The notes under the pieces: model-generated
Seen by the model: only the letters and a program-made list of their open reading frames with translations
The model's database searches: none
What the model was told of the DNA's origin: nothing
Shown here: piece by piece, positions 24,113 to 36,600 of the stretch
Layout: every line of letters begins with the position of its first letter
How positions within the stretch are numbered: the stretch's first letter is position 1
Position numbers and translations under genes: made by a program
NCBI GenBank assembly: GCA_000708835.1
Contig: DF237256.1
Span: 2,738 to 66,737, forward strand
Length of the DNA stretch: 64,000 bases
Direction of reading: 5' to 3'
Source of the DNA: Klebsormidium nitens
Taxonomy: Eukaryota > Plantae > Klebsormidiophyceae

Positions 24113-27100
24113 ATGGTCGTCATTTCTGAGCTTCTTGTAAGCTCCTGGGCCAAGGAACCTGAGATGGGAACGACACGGTCTACATACAGTGAAATGCAGA
24201 CACAGCCAATGCTTGATATCCCGCCTGCCGTTCCAGGAGCAGCGGGGCAAGCAGGGCACGCAGTACCCTGTGAGTCCTCAAGTTAATTCCAAGAAAGCTT
24301 GCTCATGGCAATGACCTTACTGTCATTCTCGAACTGGAGAGGCTCTGTTGTGGCTCTGAGATGTTGCCAATCTCATGCTACCTGCAAGGACACATATTGA
24401 GCATCTAGGGCCTTCTTGAATGTGCTCAAAATCTGACGTCTTAGATGTGTCTGCATTGTTCACAGCGGCATTCTTTTGGAATGCGCTCTGGATTGGGTGT
24501 CCTGCCTTCTCTGTTGAATCTGCAATCTGCACAATGCCATCAAATACTTTCAGGCTGCAAAGGCTGTTAATTGTCTTAGCAAGTCATTATGGTCACTGCC
24601 ACTGGAAGACCGACATATCAAGTGCACCAGTCGTCATTCTGATCAGCTTTTGCAAAGATGTTTTTAACGTACTTACAAGCTTGTTCTGGTTCTCGGCATA
24701 CCCCTTGCTATACAGCCTGTACATACCTGCATTTTGAAGCTGCTCTGTGCTGCTTAATTTTAGCCTTAAACTTCCATATGGATCCTCATCTCACTGCTTC
24801 CCACCAACTACTTTTGCAGTGAACGCTCCTGCACGGGAGGCCCCTACCAAGCCCCCCGCGTCTGAGAAGAAGCCCCTGCTGCCCCCCGGCTTTGATTTTG
24901 TCCGCTTGCCCAACGGCGAGCTCAAATTGGTCCCACAACAGGGCCTGCAAGCACAGCGCCGCCGGGAGTCAAATGCAGCCTCCAAGCTTATAGTGAACGC
25001 GAGTAAGGAAGCGCGCAGGCTCGTGCGAGGCGTCTACAAAGAGCACCGCAATGCCGTGGGCCGGCGCGGCCTCGTTCCTGGGGGGAAGAGCGGGTCCCCC
25101 CAGAAGCGATCCGACATCGCTCTGCCCCCCATCCTGCAAGAAACGTCGTCGGCGTCGACCAGAATCGCTGCTCTAAGGGCCCTAGAAGCGCTCGGGTCCA
25201 TCAACCTGAACCCCACAGTGCGGCACCCTCCGCAGCCGCAGGTCGACATTGGAAACCCCTGGGCGACGCGGCCGAATGGCGCGGGGCAGGGCCTGGGCCA
25301 GCCGAGTGCTTTTGGACCCCCCCCCTCAAGCACGGCGCGCGCCGAGGGGCCGAGCCGCTGCACAAGCGGCCGCGCTTCAAGGCGCCTGGCGCGACGGTTT
25401 TCAAGGCAGCCCCCACGCCTCCGAGGAGGCCCCCACCCCCCCAGCCGGAACCCCCCGCCCTGCCAGCCAACATGCTCTGGGTACCTTCCCAAGTGCTCAA
25501 TCCCGCAGCAAAACCCAACCCCCCCCGGCGCAAGCCCTCCTCGAGCTCCGTGTGGCGGCTGTATGGTGTGCTCCCCAATCAGGCGCCAGCGGGTTATGCC
25601 AACGGCCAGGCAGCCGCCCCGCCCCCCGCAAAGAAACGGAAAAACGAAGCAGCGGACGTGACCCCCCAGGTGGCGGCAATCCGGCTCGCGCTGGGGCTGA
25701 CGCCAATGCCCCCGGTTATGGGTCCTACAGTCCCAATCACTTCTCCAGAGGAGGAGGAGGCCGCTCCCGAGGGCACCGTTTCGGAGCTCGAGGCGCAAGA
25801 AGAAGCGATCGCAGATATGCCGGACATGTTGAGCGAACCGGTGTCCGAAGCTCCTGCCACCACGCCCGATCCGGCAGCAGACACGGGGGCAGCAGAGGCG
25901 GACGAAGCTGACGCAGGTGCCGAAACAGTGGGTGCAATACACGCTGATGCAGCAGCCCCCCCGGAAGAAGAAGCGGAGGGCCCTCCCCAAGAAGCGCTCG
26001 CAGACTTGTCCCCCCCGGGAGAGGAAATGGAGCTTGTGATAGAGGACGAGGGGTTTGGCATCCTAGACGAAGATGCGCAACCTGCCGAAGCAGAAGGCGA
26101 AGAAGGCGAACCGATTGCGGCGATCGCCGAGTCCGCGCCCCCCCCTCCGATGGAACGGGATCCCCGACTGCCCCTTGAGGGCACGTACGCCTTTTCTTTC
26201 CTTGCGGACCCGGGGGCCCCCGGCACGGCGTTGGAACTGCCCCCCGGGGTGCTGCGCAGGGAGGGCACGCTGCGCGACCGTGCGTCGCTCAAGTACCCGA
26301 AGAAGATGCAGGGCATCGCGCCGGGGGCCAACATGCGGCGGCTGGCGGTGGACGTTACGACAGGTGAGAGGATCGCTATGGGTTTTCAGGGGGTGCGGGT
26401 CTTCCAGACGTTGCTACAGACGGGGGAATCGCTGATGTCTGGGCAATGGGGGGACCGGGTGGTGGACGTTAAGATAGGTGATGGAGGTTCCTGATAACCC
26501 TGAGGTGGGCAGGTGGGGGAGACGGGCTAGATTGTGGCTAATCTTGCAACATCGCCGGAAGCAGTTGCGGGTCGTCGTTACAAGTCTCAGCATGGCGGGT
26601 TCACCAGGTGGCTGCTGCAAGCGCCGCTTGACTCTGTCAGTTGACCATTTCGAGCCGACTGCTTCGAGCCTCTGGTGAAGATTGAAACAACATTTGTATG
26701 CCGTATTCGTTGTGACGCTGCTCGAAGGTCGTTGTCACGTCACCTCAAAGACTGCTGTCACATCTTGGAAACAAGGTTCAGACGCAAGCATGGGCTTCAT
26801 GCAGCCCCCGACCGTGAGTTTGATGCCAAGGTGGAGGTGGCGGTCAAGCTGGCGAAGGAGGAGGCCTCCCCCCTCACGAAAACGGTCGCATGGGCCGCCC
26901 AGCAGTTGCAGGTGAGCATCAGCGTTTATTGTGCTCTTGTAAGGAAACACGAGGGATCTAGTTCTACTTAGTCAGTACTCAAATGTTGTATACGACGGAA
27001 TTCAACGAACGCCGTCAGATCTTGCTATGACTTGCTTTCTTTGCCTTGTTTGCGGTAAAAGTACCAACAGTACCGCAGTATCTACCTATTTTGCACGACC

Positions 27101-29005
27101 TCGGTTTTTCTTCGAGACACCTCGCCCCCTGTCGTAGACCGACAATGTCGAATGGAAAAAGAAAGAGATTTGATAGTCTACGAGCGACTTTGACATCTGT
27201 TCTATCGCATTGGCGCTGACTCATTAGACGGCAAGGGGTTCGATCCTTTACTCTATAGAGGTAACTCGAAGAAAGAGTATCAGTCTAGAACGAAGGGCAC
27301 AACCACGATCAGATGGAAAGATATTGCACGGAGTTGGAAGTTGAGGTTGTAGGCACGTTCCTCCTTATAGAAATGCAACTCTGCTACGGCCCCTCTGCTT
27401 AAATGTTCCCGTCAACCCGTTCTTCTTGATTGCCTTCAATTCTTACTAGCAGATTCGTCTCGCATTGGAACAGCCCAGCACGTCCCCAGTCGTTATGCCG
27501 ACAAAGATGCACCTAGGGACTCGGCCCAACTTGATCCCTTGTTGATGACCGCTTCCAACCATCTTCTGGCTCCATACTAACAGTCAATATGAAGCTCACC
27601 GCGCATAAGACTTCAATCTAGGTTTAGTAAGCTTCAGGTTTAGTGAGCCAACCAGCCCGAGACGGGTGGGGTTGTTTAGGGGTTTAAGTTGAGAACGGAG
27701 CGGGTGATTTTGGGGGCTAATTTTTTTGGTTTTAGTGTAGGGGCTTACTATACCTAAAGCTCACTATACCTGGATTGAAGAGACATTCACCGGGGCCCCC
27801 CCCATTACAACACAGGTGCGCGGCGCCGTCATGATGACGAGTGTGACGGAGCACTACTACCACTTCCTGGGGGAGGAGTTTGCGCGCGACGACTGGGAGG
27901 CGCTCCCCCCCGCCCACCTGATGGACCTCATCCAAGGCCGGCTGTATCCGCTGGTCGCCGCGTCGTCGTTCAGCAAGAAGCACGGCTATATGCTGCACCG
28001 CAAGCTGGGGGTGCAACACCTGTACGAGGTAAGCAGAATATTGGATTTTGATCGATGTAGTGAACAGTGGACATTAACCGGGACGGGTAAGGTTAGTTAG
28101 GGGTTTAGGGTGGGTACGGGTGCAGAGCGAGTGATCTTTTAGGTTAGGGTTTTTGATAACCCAAAAATGCTTCCTGTTCACTGGGGTTGCTGTTCAGTAG
28201 GTTGAGAAATACCCATATCGGAGTCAAGCGGTCCGTTCTTGCGATTGGATACCCAGCCTGAGAAAAAAGGTTTATCAAAGTGAAATGCATAAGGGTGCTT
28301 TGAGACGCTTGAGCGCCCGCGCGTTGGGTAAGGCTCATGGGGTTTGTTGCATCGCACGGTGTCGCGTCTTCCTGAAGCCTCATGCATCCCAACCCTCTTT
28401 CAGCGCTGAACGTTTGCCAAGCTTCGCTTTATGGTTTGACAAGCCCCGATGAGTCGAACAAAGGCGACAACTGAACAACCAAAGGGTATAACAACCTTCG
28501 AGCTGGCGGGCCAGGTTCGTGGACCGTGTCCTAATCCAATTTTTCGCTCCCCACTAGGCCATGACGGAGCTTCGGGTGGTTGAGAGGCGGCGGAACCGCG
28601 CAGCAGGGTTCCCTGCCTATGTTCCCCCCAACGCCCGAGGGGCCACAAACAAAAGGGGCCCCAAGCCTGCGGGTATGTCGGCTCGGGAAATAACCGAAGT
28701 GGTTGGAACCCTGGGAGTGCATCCGGGGCTCGAGGAAGGGGCACGCCGGGAACCGCAGCCGAGGCAAACGGAGGAGGAGGAAGAGGTGAGGGGAACACGA
28801 AAGCACGTTCTCAGGTCCACGTGTCCTTAACATTGCCAGGTCCGACGGCGAGAGCTGGAACTCACAGTGCCATGAGTGTGGTGGGGGTAATGATGTCCGT
28901 TGTTCACGAGAGATTTGTTGTTGTTGTCGTTTGCAGGAAAACGAAACAACCTCGCCCAGGAAGGCCAGAACGAAGCCTGCTTCTAGGAAGACTGGCTGGT
29001 TGTAG
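24113..29005 (+). CDS. Hypothetical protein: long Pro/Glu-rich disordered region plus an unrecognised C-terminal globular region; apparent frameshift at 25317-25325
   Basis: Phase-compatible GT-AG exons at about 24103-24269, 24819-26361, 26799-26910, 27816-28028, 28558-28785 and 28937-29005. GC-rich coding bias. The start codon is uncertain. Confidence 0.65.
27611..27780. mobile_element. Intronic stem-loop/MITE-like element, copy B (37-bp inverted arms, possible AGA target-site duplication)
   Basis: Arms 27611-27647 and 27744-27780 match 31/37. AGA lies on both flanks. The core gacgggtggggttgtttaggggttt...cggagcgggtgat...ttttagtgtag is related to copy A. Confidence 0.7.
28059..28182. repeat. 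Intronic element, copy C (telomere-like core, short agtgaacag/ctgttcact inverted arms)
   Basis: Core 28082-28155 aligns closely with the copy A core (12569-12645). 9-bp perfect inverted repeat at 28059-28067 and 28174-28182. Confidence 0.7.
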
Positions 29006-29862
29006 CTCAAAGCACCGTTCCTAGCAATAGACGACCTCTCCAACCGGGGCACATGTGTGCTGGTCGACTGCGATTCTTAATGAGCGGAGTGTGGATCACT
29101 TGGTCGCAGGTACCTACTGGTGTTGAGGGCCCGCGCTGAACAATGTTTGGAGTTCAAAGAAGCGTACAGGTTCAGATAAGGCCTAATTCGCAAAATCGGT
29201 CAACCGATTCTTGCTCTCCTATATAAGCAACAGCTTGGTCGGATCTGAATCGTCAGCAAATGGCAAACGAGCTATTGGTCGGACACGGACGGGCAGCGTC
29301 ATCTTACTATTACCATGTCAGCGACAACGATAGACGTGCAGCATCACCACTTATAAAGACGGTCGCCAAGTTCTTTGAACTCTGATACAGATTGATGAGT
29401 GATTGATGAGCTTGTAAGTTTGTGGCTGCGAAATCATGACGCGCCTGAACGTCAAAAATGGTGCCGGTGCAAGCTTGAACCCTAGACTCACATGCTTGTA
29501 GAGTCATGCATTGATCAACGTATGCGAACTTGCTGCGTTTAGGACTCCTCTATATATATGTCACCTCACGTGCAACGTACATGCCACATGGGACTCGACA
29601 CATGCAAACTTTCGACACGCGCTTATAAAATGACCCGCGAATTCAGTTTCTCGCGGCAGCTCCGGCCGTGCATATTATAATGTGTACACGTCGTACATCT
29701 ACCTAGCTCCAGCGATAATCTCGTTAAGCGCCGGCCGGTGTATTACTGACCCGGATACCTCATTGCACCTAGTGCTCAGATAAGCAACCGTCACCGCATG
29801 ACCGATGGAGCATGGATCTGTATGCTTTTGCAGCCTCACGCGCAGCAAGAAAAGCCAGTATA

Positions 29863-30432
29863 CACAGGCCAGTTATATGAGGTTGGGACCCTCTGGAGGA
29901 TTGGAGGGTCGGACCGTCATTTGACCGGATCCTGTCAGGACAAATGACAGAGGAGTCGGGTCGCGCGTCCGGTCGGAGTTTGACTTATCGAGTACAATTT
30001 TAAACCGGCGAAATTACGCGTTATCTTCTGCGAGTCCGCGGCAAACTTTAAAGCCTAGGAAATAACGAAAGTTGGCGATTTTTTTGCGGGCTAAACAGGA
30101 GGTGAAACACCTAACCCTCCCGGCTTTGAGCACCCCTACCTATGTACCCTCTGCTCAAAGCCGAGAGGGTTAGGTGTTCCGGATCCTGTTCAAGCCGCAA
30201 AAAATTCGCCAACTTTAGCTATTTGTTGCCCCTTGAAAATCCGCCGCAGACTCAAACAAGATAACGCGAAATTTTGCCGGTTTTAAATTTGACTCGATAA
30301 ATTGAACTCCGACCGGACGCGCGACAGAAAAGTCCCGACTCCTCCGGTCAATTGTCCTGACGGTGTCCGGTCAAATGACGGTCGGACCCTCCAATCCTCC
30401 GGAGGGTGCCAACCTCATATAACTGGCCTGTG
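29863..30432. mobile_element. Fold-back (long inverted repeat) non-autonomous element
   Basis: Arms 29863-30132 and 30152-30432 are reverse complements (terminal 24 bp perfect, roughly 80% identity by eye overall), with a 19-nt loop and TATA-like flanks. Confidence 0.85.
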
Positions 30433-30678
30433 ATATAGCATGACTATGATGGTTTGATTATACCATCCTGGGCCACGAACACTCATGCAATCCGTTTTGA
30501 TGGCGAAGACTCTTTTGACAGTAGATTTATTCTTAAGTTTGCAGAGTCGATGATGCTACGGCCACACTGACGATCCGACTCGTTGGGAAGTTAGCCATGG
30601 GTGATGGGCTGAGGATTCAGGCGCTTGTGCACTATTGCCAGATCACCTGAACGAGAGCATTTGATCTGAAGGTAATTC

Positions 30679-33600
30679 TTAGACGGGCAGCTCCTTGATG
30701 TTTCTGACCAGGCCCAGCTCGGCCCCTAGCAAGCGGAAAAGAACGAGCACTAGCTCCCGCACTCGAGGTTCCCTGCACATCAAGAGCTCCGAAGTCAAAG
30801 AGAAGCGAAGATGCCCTGCAGTGATGTTCATCCGAGACCCCAATGGATGCTAAGAAGCAAGCTTGATGTGTTGAAGCTTGACCTTGTGCAAGAGCTTGCA
30901 GCCTTTGCTCGATTGTTCCAACTTTGAAGCAGCATCACATCCTTAAAAGAAAAGGGCGAATTGCTTCATTGGGGGACCGCTCAGAGTCTCTTTCCGAGGG
31001 AAGGTTTGCTTGGAGATTCTCGCCCCATTTGAGCTCACTCTTTTTCGGCGGTGAGTCTCTAGCACAGCAAGCAGCAGATGCCTCTAAAGAACGTGCCAAC
31101 ACCATCGGAGACCCTTCCGCAGAAGCACAGTGAGACTTCACGTATCGAGGAAAGACGACACCAGACTCGCTGCGAGCACCCTGTAGCCCCGACACTTTTG
31201 CAGGCAGCCCAGCCTCTGCTGACTCCTCACCTGGAGATGACCATTTCGCACAGGGGGGTGTACAGCAGCAGCAGGTGCGCGCGCTCCCACCCTAGTTGCC
31301 GCCCCTCGTCGTCCTTCCAGGACGTCCGGCCGCCCCCCCGAGAACGTCCGGTCCCGTTCGTGAACGCCCGCGCCGCAGCGCCCTCCGCTTTGTGCGGCCC
31401 CAGGGGGATGTCGATCACGGAGGCGGCCTGCGGGTGGAGAACTAGGCGCGCGAGCTCTTGGAGCATGCACACCAGCTCGTCAAGGCGCATCTGGGGAAGG
31501 CGAGTGTCGCCTGCACGAGATTTGTCAAATGTCATCTTCTGGCTGACGCAATTTGTGATCAGGCAGAAGCAAAACGTAGTAAATGGACTTTCCGAGCGAC
31601 TTTTGCCAGTTCGATCGTTGCCGGTTCGATCGTTGCCGGTCCGGCCGTTGAGGTAGGCTGCGCATTTCACAGCGACCAGGCGGGATCGCTCCAGTGGCTT
31701 TCTACACGTCAAGTAGTGCCTGAGCGGCGGGCACCTGAACACAGCGTAGCCAAATTGTCACCTGAACTCTGTTTTCATAGCTCTTTCATGAGCAGTTGTT
31801 GCAGGCCCTCACTAGCACGGCAAGAAAGCGACGGAACTCACCAACTTCGCTCTCGTCCTCTGCGAACCGCTTCAGGATGGAGTCGCAACGGGCGATCAAG
31901 ATGGGGAGAGCAACACGGGCGCCGATAACCGACGAGGAGTCGTACCCGTCCTGGGGGCCCCCTCGGCTGCCAAAGGACAGGACACAACATGCTGAGCTGC
32001 AATTTGAGACGTGTACTTTGCACGTCTTTGCAGCAGCACGAGACCGTTTGCTAACAACTAGGGCGACTGCCAATCACCAAGAGCTAGTACCAAGAAGCCG
32101 CCATACGCATTGTATTGAACTGGAAATCTTGAAAAGGCGGACTTTGTGTGGCATGAGCACCAGCTAGCCCAATGCAGGTCTCTTCTACGAATCAACCTGA
32201 CCTCAGGTTTCGGTTCTGGTCTTACTTTCTCGGATTCCTGGAGTCAAACTGGCGCTCTTTACACCTGGAAGTGAATGCAGCGGCACTAGCAAGACTTCGA
32301 GGAGATCAAAGCGGAACCTGAGGATGAAAGTCCGGACAGATGCACGATAGGCTGTCTGAAAGCAAACAGCCAAGGGGCACCCGCCTCACCCGCACAACAC
32401 GAACAGGCGCACCAGGCACGCCAGCGAGAACCGGCTGCAGTTCTCCGGCACAGCCTTCCCGAGCGGCAGCTGCGACGTGCGCGCCGCGCAGTTGTCGATC
32501 ACCGCCACCAGCCGCCGCTGCACCTCCTCCGGCGCTTCCCTACAGTGCGCCAGCACCCGCTCGCACAGCGTGTCCAGCGCCACGCCCTCCAGCTGCTCGT
32601 CGCTCTTGGCGGTCTCCGGGGGGATCCCCCCGAGCTGCGGCTTCCCGCAGGCGCCCAGCAGGAAGTCCTCGAAGAGCTGCGCGAGCTCCTTCCACAGCCG
32701 CGGCCGCCCAAGCTCGCCGAGGGCCTCGGAGGGATCCCCCTCCAGGCGGCGCTGCAGTGCGGCGGTCCAGTCTTCCAGCGACGCGGAGTCGACCGCCTCT
32801 GCGGTGGGGCTCGCGATGTTCCAGTCGGGGGAGCTTTCCGGGGTGCCTAACGCGGCGTTCAAGACCTGTTTTAGGCATCGGACGGCCACACGCCAGAGGT
32901 CCGAGTCGGGCGCGTCGCGCCGCGTGATCATGCACCGCCCGAGCGCGGCGACCACGTCCGGCAGGACCATCACCTGCGCGTCTTTCGGGGCGTGCCCGCA
33001 GTACGACTCGGTGAGGACCGCACAGACCTTCTCCGCAAACAGAGGGGAGAGAGCACCGGGCGCAATTTCCGGGTAGTCGTCTGACGACTCTTGACTCTCC
33101 AATGCGTCCCCGTCCGCCGCTTCCTCGACTGTGGCTGCTGCGGTTGCTTTCGACGCGTCCTCAGGCTCTTGAGAAGGCGCCGCAGGTTGGCCGTTCTCGA
33201 CTACTTCTCGTGGTTGCTCATCCGCAGCGCTCTTGGGCAACGGCTTGGGGGACTCCTCCGAGGGCCGCCTGCTGCCCCCGCCCCACAGAGATGACACCCA
33301 GCCCGTGAAGCTGCTGTCCGGCTCTGCCTCCGGACCGTCCGAACCGGGCTGCTCCATTTTCGGACCGTCCACCGAACCGTTCTGCACCGGAGCGTTGTTA
33401 GGAGCGCCTACTTCATCCCTTCCTTTGTCGAAGTTCAGCTCGTGAGACACCAACGACGTGACGGACGTTTCCAGGGGGTCCGTACGCTTGGCGTCCGCAC
33501 CCCCCCCCTTCTTTCTCCTGTACTTTTGCGGCACCCGGCAGTAGGGCAGCCGCACCGCCTCGCCCCCGGGCAGGTACCCCACCATCTGCTGCAGCAGCGC

Positions 33601-36600
33601 CGGCCAGAGCGCCACGTGGCGCTCCCCGATTGGCCGCATCTGCGGCAGAACGTCGAGCACCGTGCGCTGGACCTGGGGGAGCGTCCCCGGCAGGCTGGCG
33701 CTGTCTTCCGGAAGCAGCGGCCACTTTGCGAGGACGTCGATCATCGCGAGGGCGCGCAGGAAGTCGGTCGGTTCGAATGCGGCGGAACACTTGGAGTAGA
33801 GCGCGCCCAGGCTCTCCAGGAGCTCGAGCCGCGCCTTGAGGGCGACGCGGCTCTCGGGCTGCACCGAGCGCCGGGCGGCGTCCTCGAGCAGGTCGAAGGC
33901 CGAGTCCCAGTAGGACCGGGGGAGGGTGCCCTGGATGGGGAAAGGGGAGGTGAGTCAGCTGAGTGACGTACAAATACACGGGCTGCTTGAATTGGCAAAG
34001 CACAGCGAATGCGGCTCTGGAGTTGTCGTATTCAGTGGACCGAGTGCGTGCTTTTCGCAGCACACAGATTGACAGAGGTTCTCCTCTCAAACAAGCTCGA
34101 ATGTACTATGTAACATCCAAGGGACCTTACGGGCTTCAATAGCAGGATCTACAAGCAAGGCAAGCATGGTAGCAGCAGGGTGTTTCAGAGCGCCGCAATT
34201 TTGAACCATTAAACGTGCCAAGATTTGGCTCAGGCCTGCAAGATCGTCTTCTTCCAAGCCCGTTCGATCCCTGGCAATCAGTCCTTGTACTTAATTGCGA
34301 GGTGAAACGGTTGGAAAACAATCCCCGATGCAAGCAAAAAAGCCATGAGAAGAGCTGAAAGATCGCTTCTTTTCTTTGCATCATTCTCCGAGCAGAAATC
34401 AGTTGCCGCACATCTGCCCCACCTTGGACGCCTGGGCTTGCAGCACAGTGTGGATGGAGCTGACGGCCGCGATGCCGACCTCCTTGCTGCCCTCGGCGAT
34501 GCTCTCCGCGACGAACTGGAGGTACGAGCTCCAGGCCTTGTCGAAGTCGGGCATGGCCTCGAGGAGCCGGAAGTAGGAGCGCAGCAGGCGCGACATGCCG
34601 CTCAGGTACATCACCAGCGTCTCGTCCCACTGCTTCTGGGCCGTGTTGCGGCTGCGGGGCAGAAGCGCGATGGAGTCAGTGAGAAAATGGGGAAGCACGC
34701 GGATTCTAAAGCAGAGGGCCTGAACCCGCTCGGGATCCCGTCAAGTGATCCGGTTCACGTGAGAAAGACGGGCCTACATTAGCATCTGCACTCACGCCGG
34801 CGTACAATACTGCCTGGGGTGTAGTAAGGTGACGAGTTTGTGCTCTCGAAAACACTTGCTTCTACAAGTAAACAGTGTTCCTGCTCTTAATGTCACAAAC
34901 AAGTCCTCATGGCAGAGTGAGACCCTGAACTGCGGGTTACTATTTGGAGCAAAGCCGTATGTGCACGTGAGCCGTACCTGTGGTGCACCAGCATAAGGAC
35001 CGTTTTGCCCCCCGCCTTTCCCAGCTCCCGGCCCGCAGACTCCTCCTTGGATGACGTGGCAGCTAGGTGCTTGACGTTCTCCAGGAGCGGCAGCAGCAGC
35101 TCCCACACGCAGTGACGCCACAGCTCGGCCGAGATGCGGGACCCGTGGCTGACCAGCGACGCGAAAAGGGTGCGGATGCCGGAGTTGCGCACCTGGGAAG
35201 AGGGGGCTCATTGGTTAGGAAAGACTGCCTACCTGCTCAGCATGTAACGTTCTTTTCTCTTAACCCGCTTGTGTGGTTCACCTGCATTAGTTGGTGAGAG
35301 CCGAGAAGGGACAAAACAATATAAGCTAGACAAGCTCGTAGGTGCTGGCAAAGGCAACTTGAGCCCTTCCGAAGGGACTTTGGAGGCTCGGATTCAATGA
35401 CTTGGGCAAGAACTAGATTTTTAAGCAGGACTTCACAGGATCGCGGAAAGAAAATGATTTCGCATGACGTAAAGAGGGCCACCAGGAGCGTCGAGATTTG
35501 AGCAAGTGTACATACAGAAGCAAACAGAATTACTCTCAACGCCTTTCAAAGCCGTCCCTCGGAGTATCCATGTACAAACGGCCGCTGACCTCTGGCCTGT
35601 CATCGGTACACAGCGCCTGGAGCTCCAGGAATACGTCCCCCAGCAGCTGCTCATTCTTCGCGTCCAGCTTATGGCTCCCCTCGTCGGCGCCTCCCAACCA
35701 CGGGCCGCCTCCTTCCCCCGCTCTGGGGTTCTCCCTCCCTGGCGACGTCCCAAGTCCCATTTCTTTTCCAGCCAAGCCTCCCTTCCCTACCGGACTCTCC
35801 CCAGCCAGCACCTCTTTCCGACTGCCCGACTCCCCTTCGGACGGCCGCGACAGCCCCGGCCCCAGTCGCGACGGCGGCCGGCCGTTCTCCTTTGCGTCGC
35901 TGGTCGTCGCGCCCGCATGGCTCTGCTTCCGCGCCTCGAGCGGTGACCCCACGTCCACCACAGCCTCTTGGCCGCCCTTCCCGAAGAAGTCGGCCGTCGT
36001 CCAGAGGAGCGTGACCGCAGTCAGGCTGATGTTCAGGTCCGCCTTCTGGGCGCCGTACGCGCCCGCGACCTCGACGCACGTGCGCAGCGCGTCCGCGGGC
36101 ATCGTCGCGAGGCAGTCGTTCATCACGACGCGGACGCTCTGGAAGCCGAGCGGGACGAGGTCCTTCTCCGCGTCGGTCGCGACGCGCCCGAGCAGCTTCA
36201 GCAGCACGGGCCAGCTGTGGTACAGCCGCTCCCCGTGCCGCTCCAGGATATGCAACAGACTCCGCAGCGCGCCCGCGCGCATGTCCCCGTCCTTGGCGCC
36301 GTACAATCGGACCAACGGCTGGATGACCAGCACTTCGAACTTCTCGTTCAGCGGCCGGGGCCCAACGTCCAGCAAGAGCTCTTTCGGCCGCAGCTTGCTA
36401 GCGCTCGGGCTAAACGTTCCGCCGGCCCCTTCCGCGTCGTGGCTCTTCCTTCGCTTCGCCTCCTTGTCGCGGCCCGCCGCGGCCTCCTCCTTCACTTTCC
36501 CGCAGCCCAGCACGGCGGTCAGCAGCCGATCCAAGGCGTCGAGCGCCGCCGTCCGCACGGCCGGGCTCTCGTGCTCCGTCAGTTCCAACAGGTGGCCCGT

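Noticed and set aside
25034-26334. Minus-strand ORFs of 318 and 246 aa
   Set aside because: Antisense shadows of the GC-rich orphan exon.
27816-28028. Faint resemblance of the orphan exon to ASCH/PUA-like domains
   Set aside because: The N-terminal ASCH signature (GxKxxExR) is absent; the similarity is too weak.
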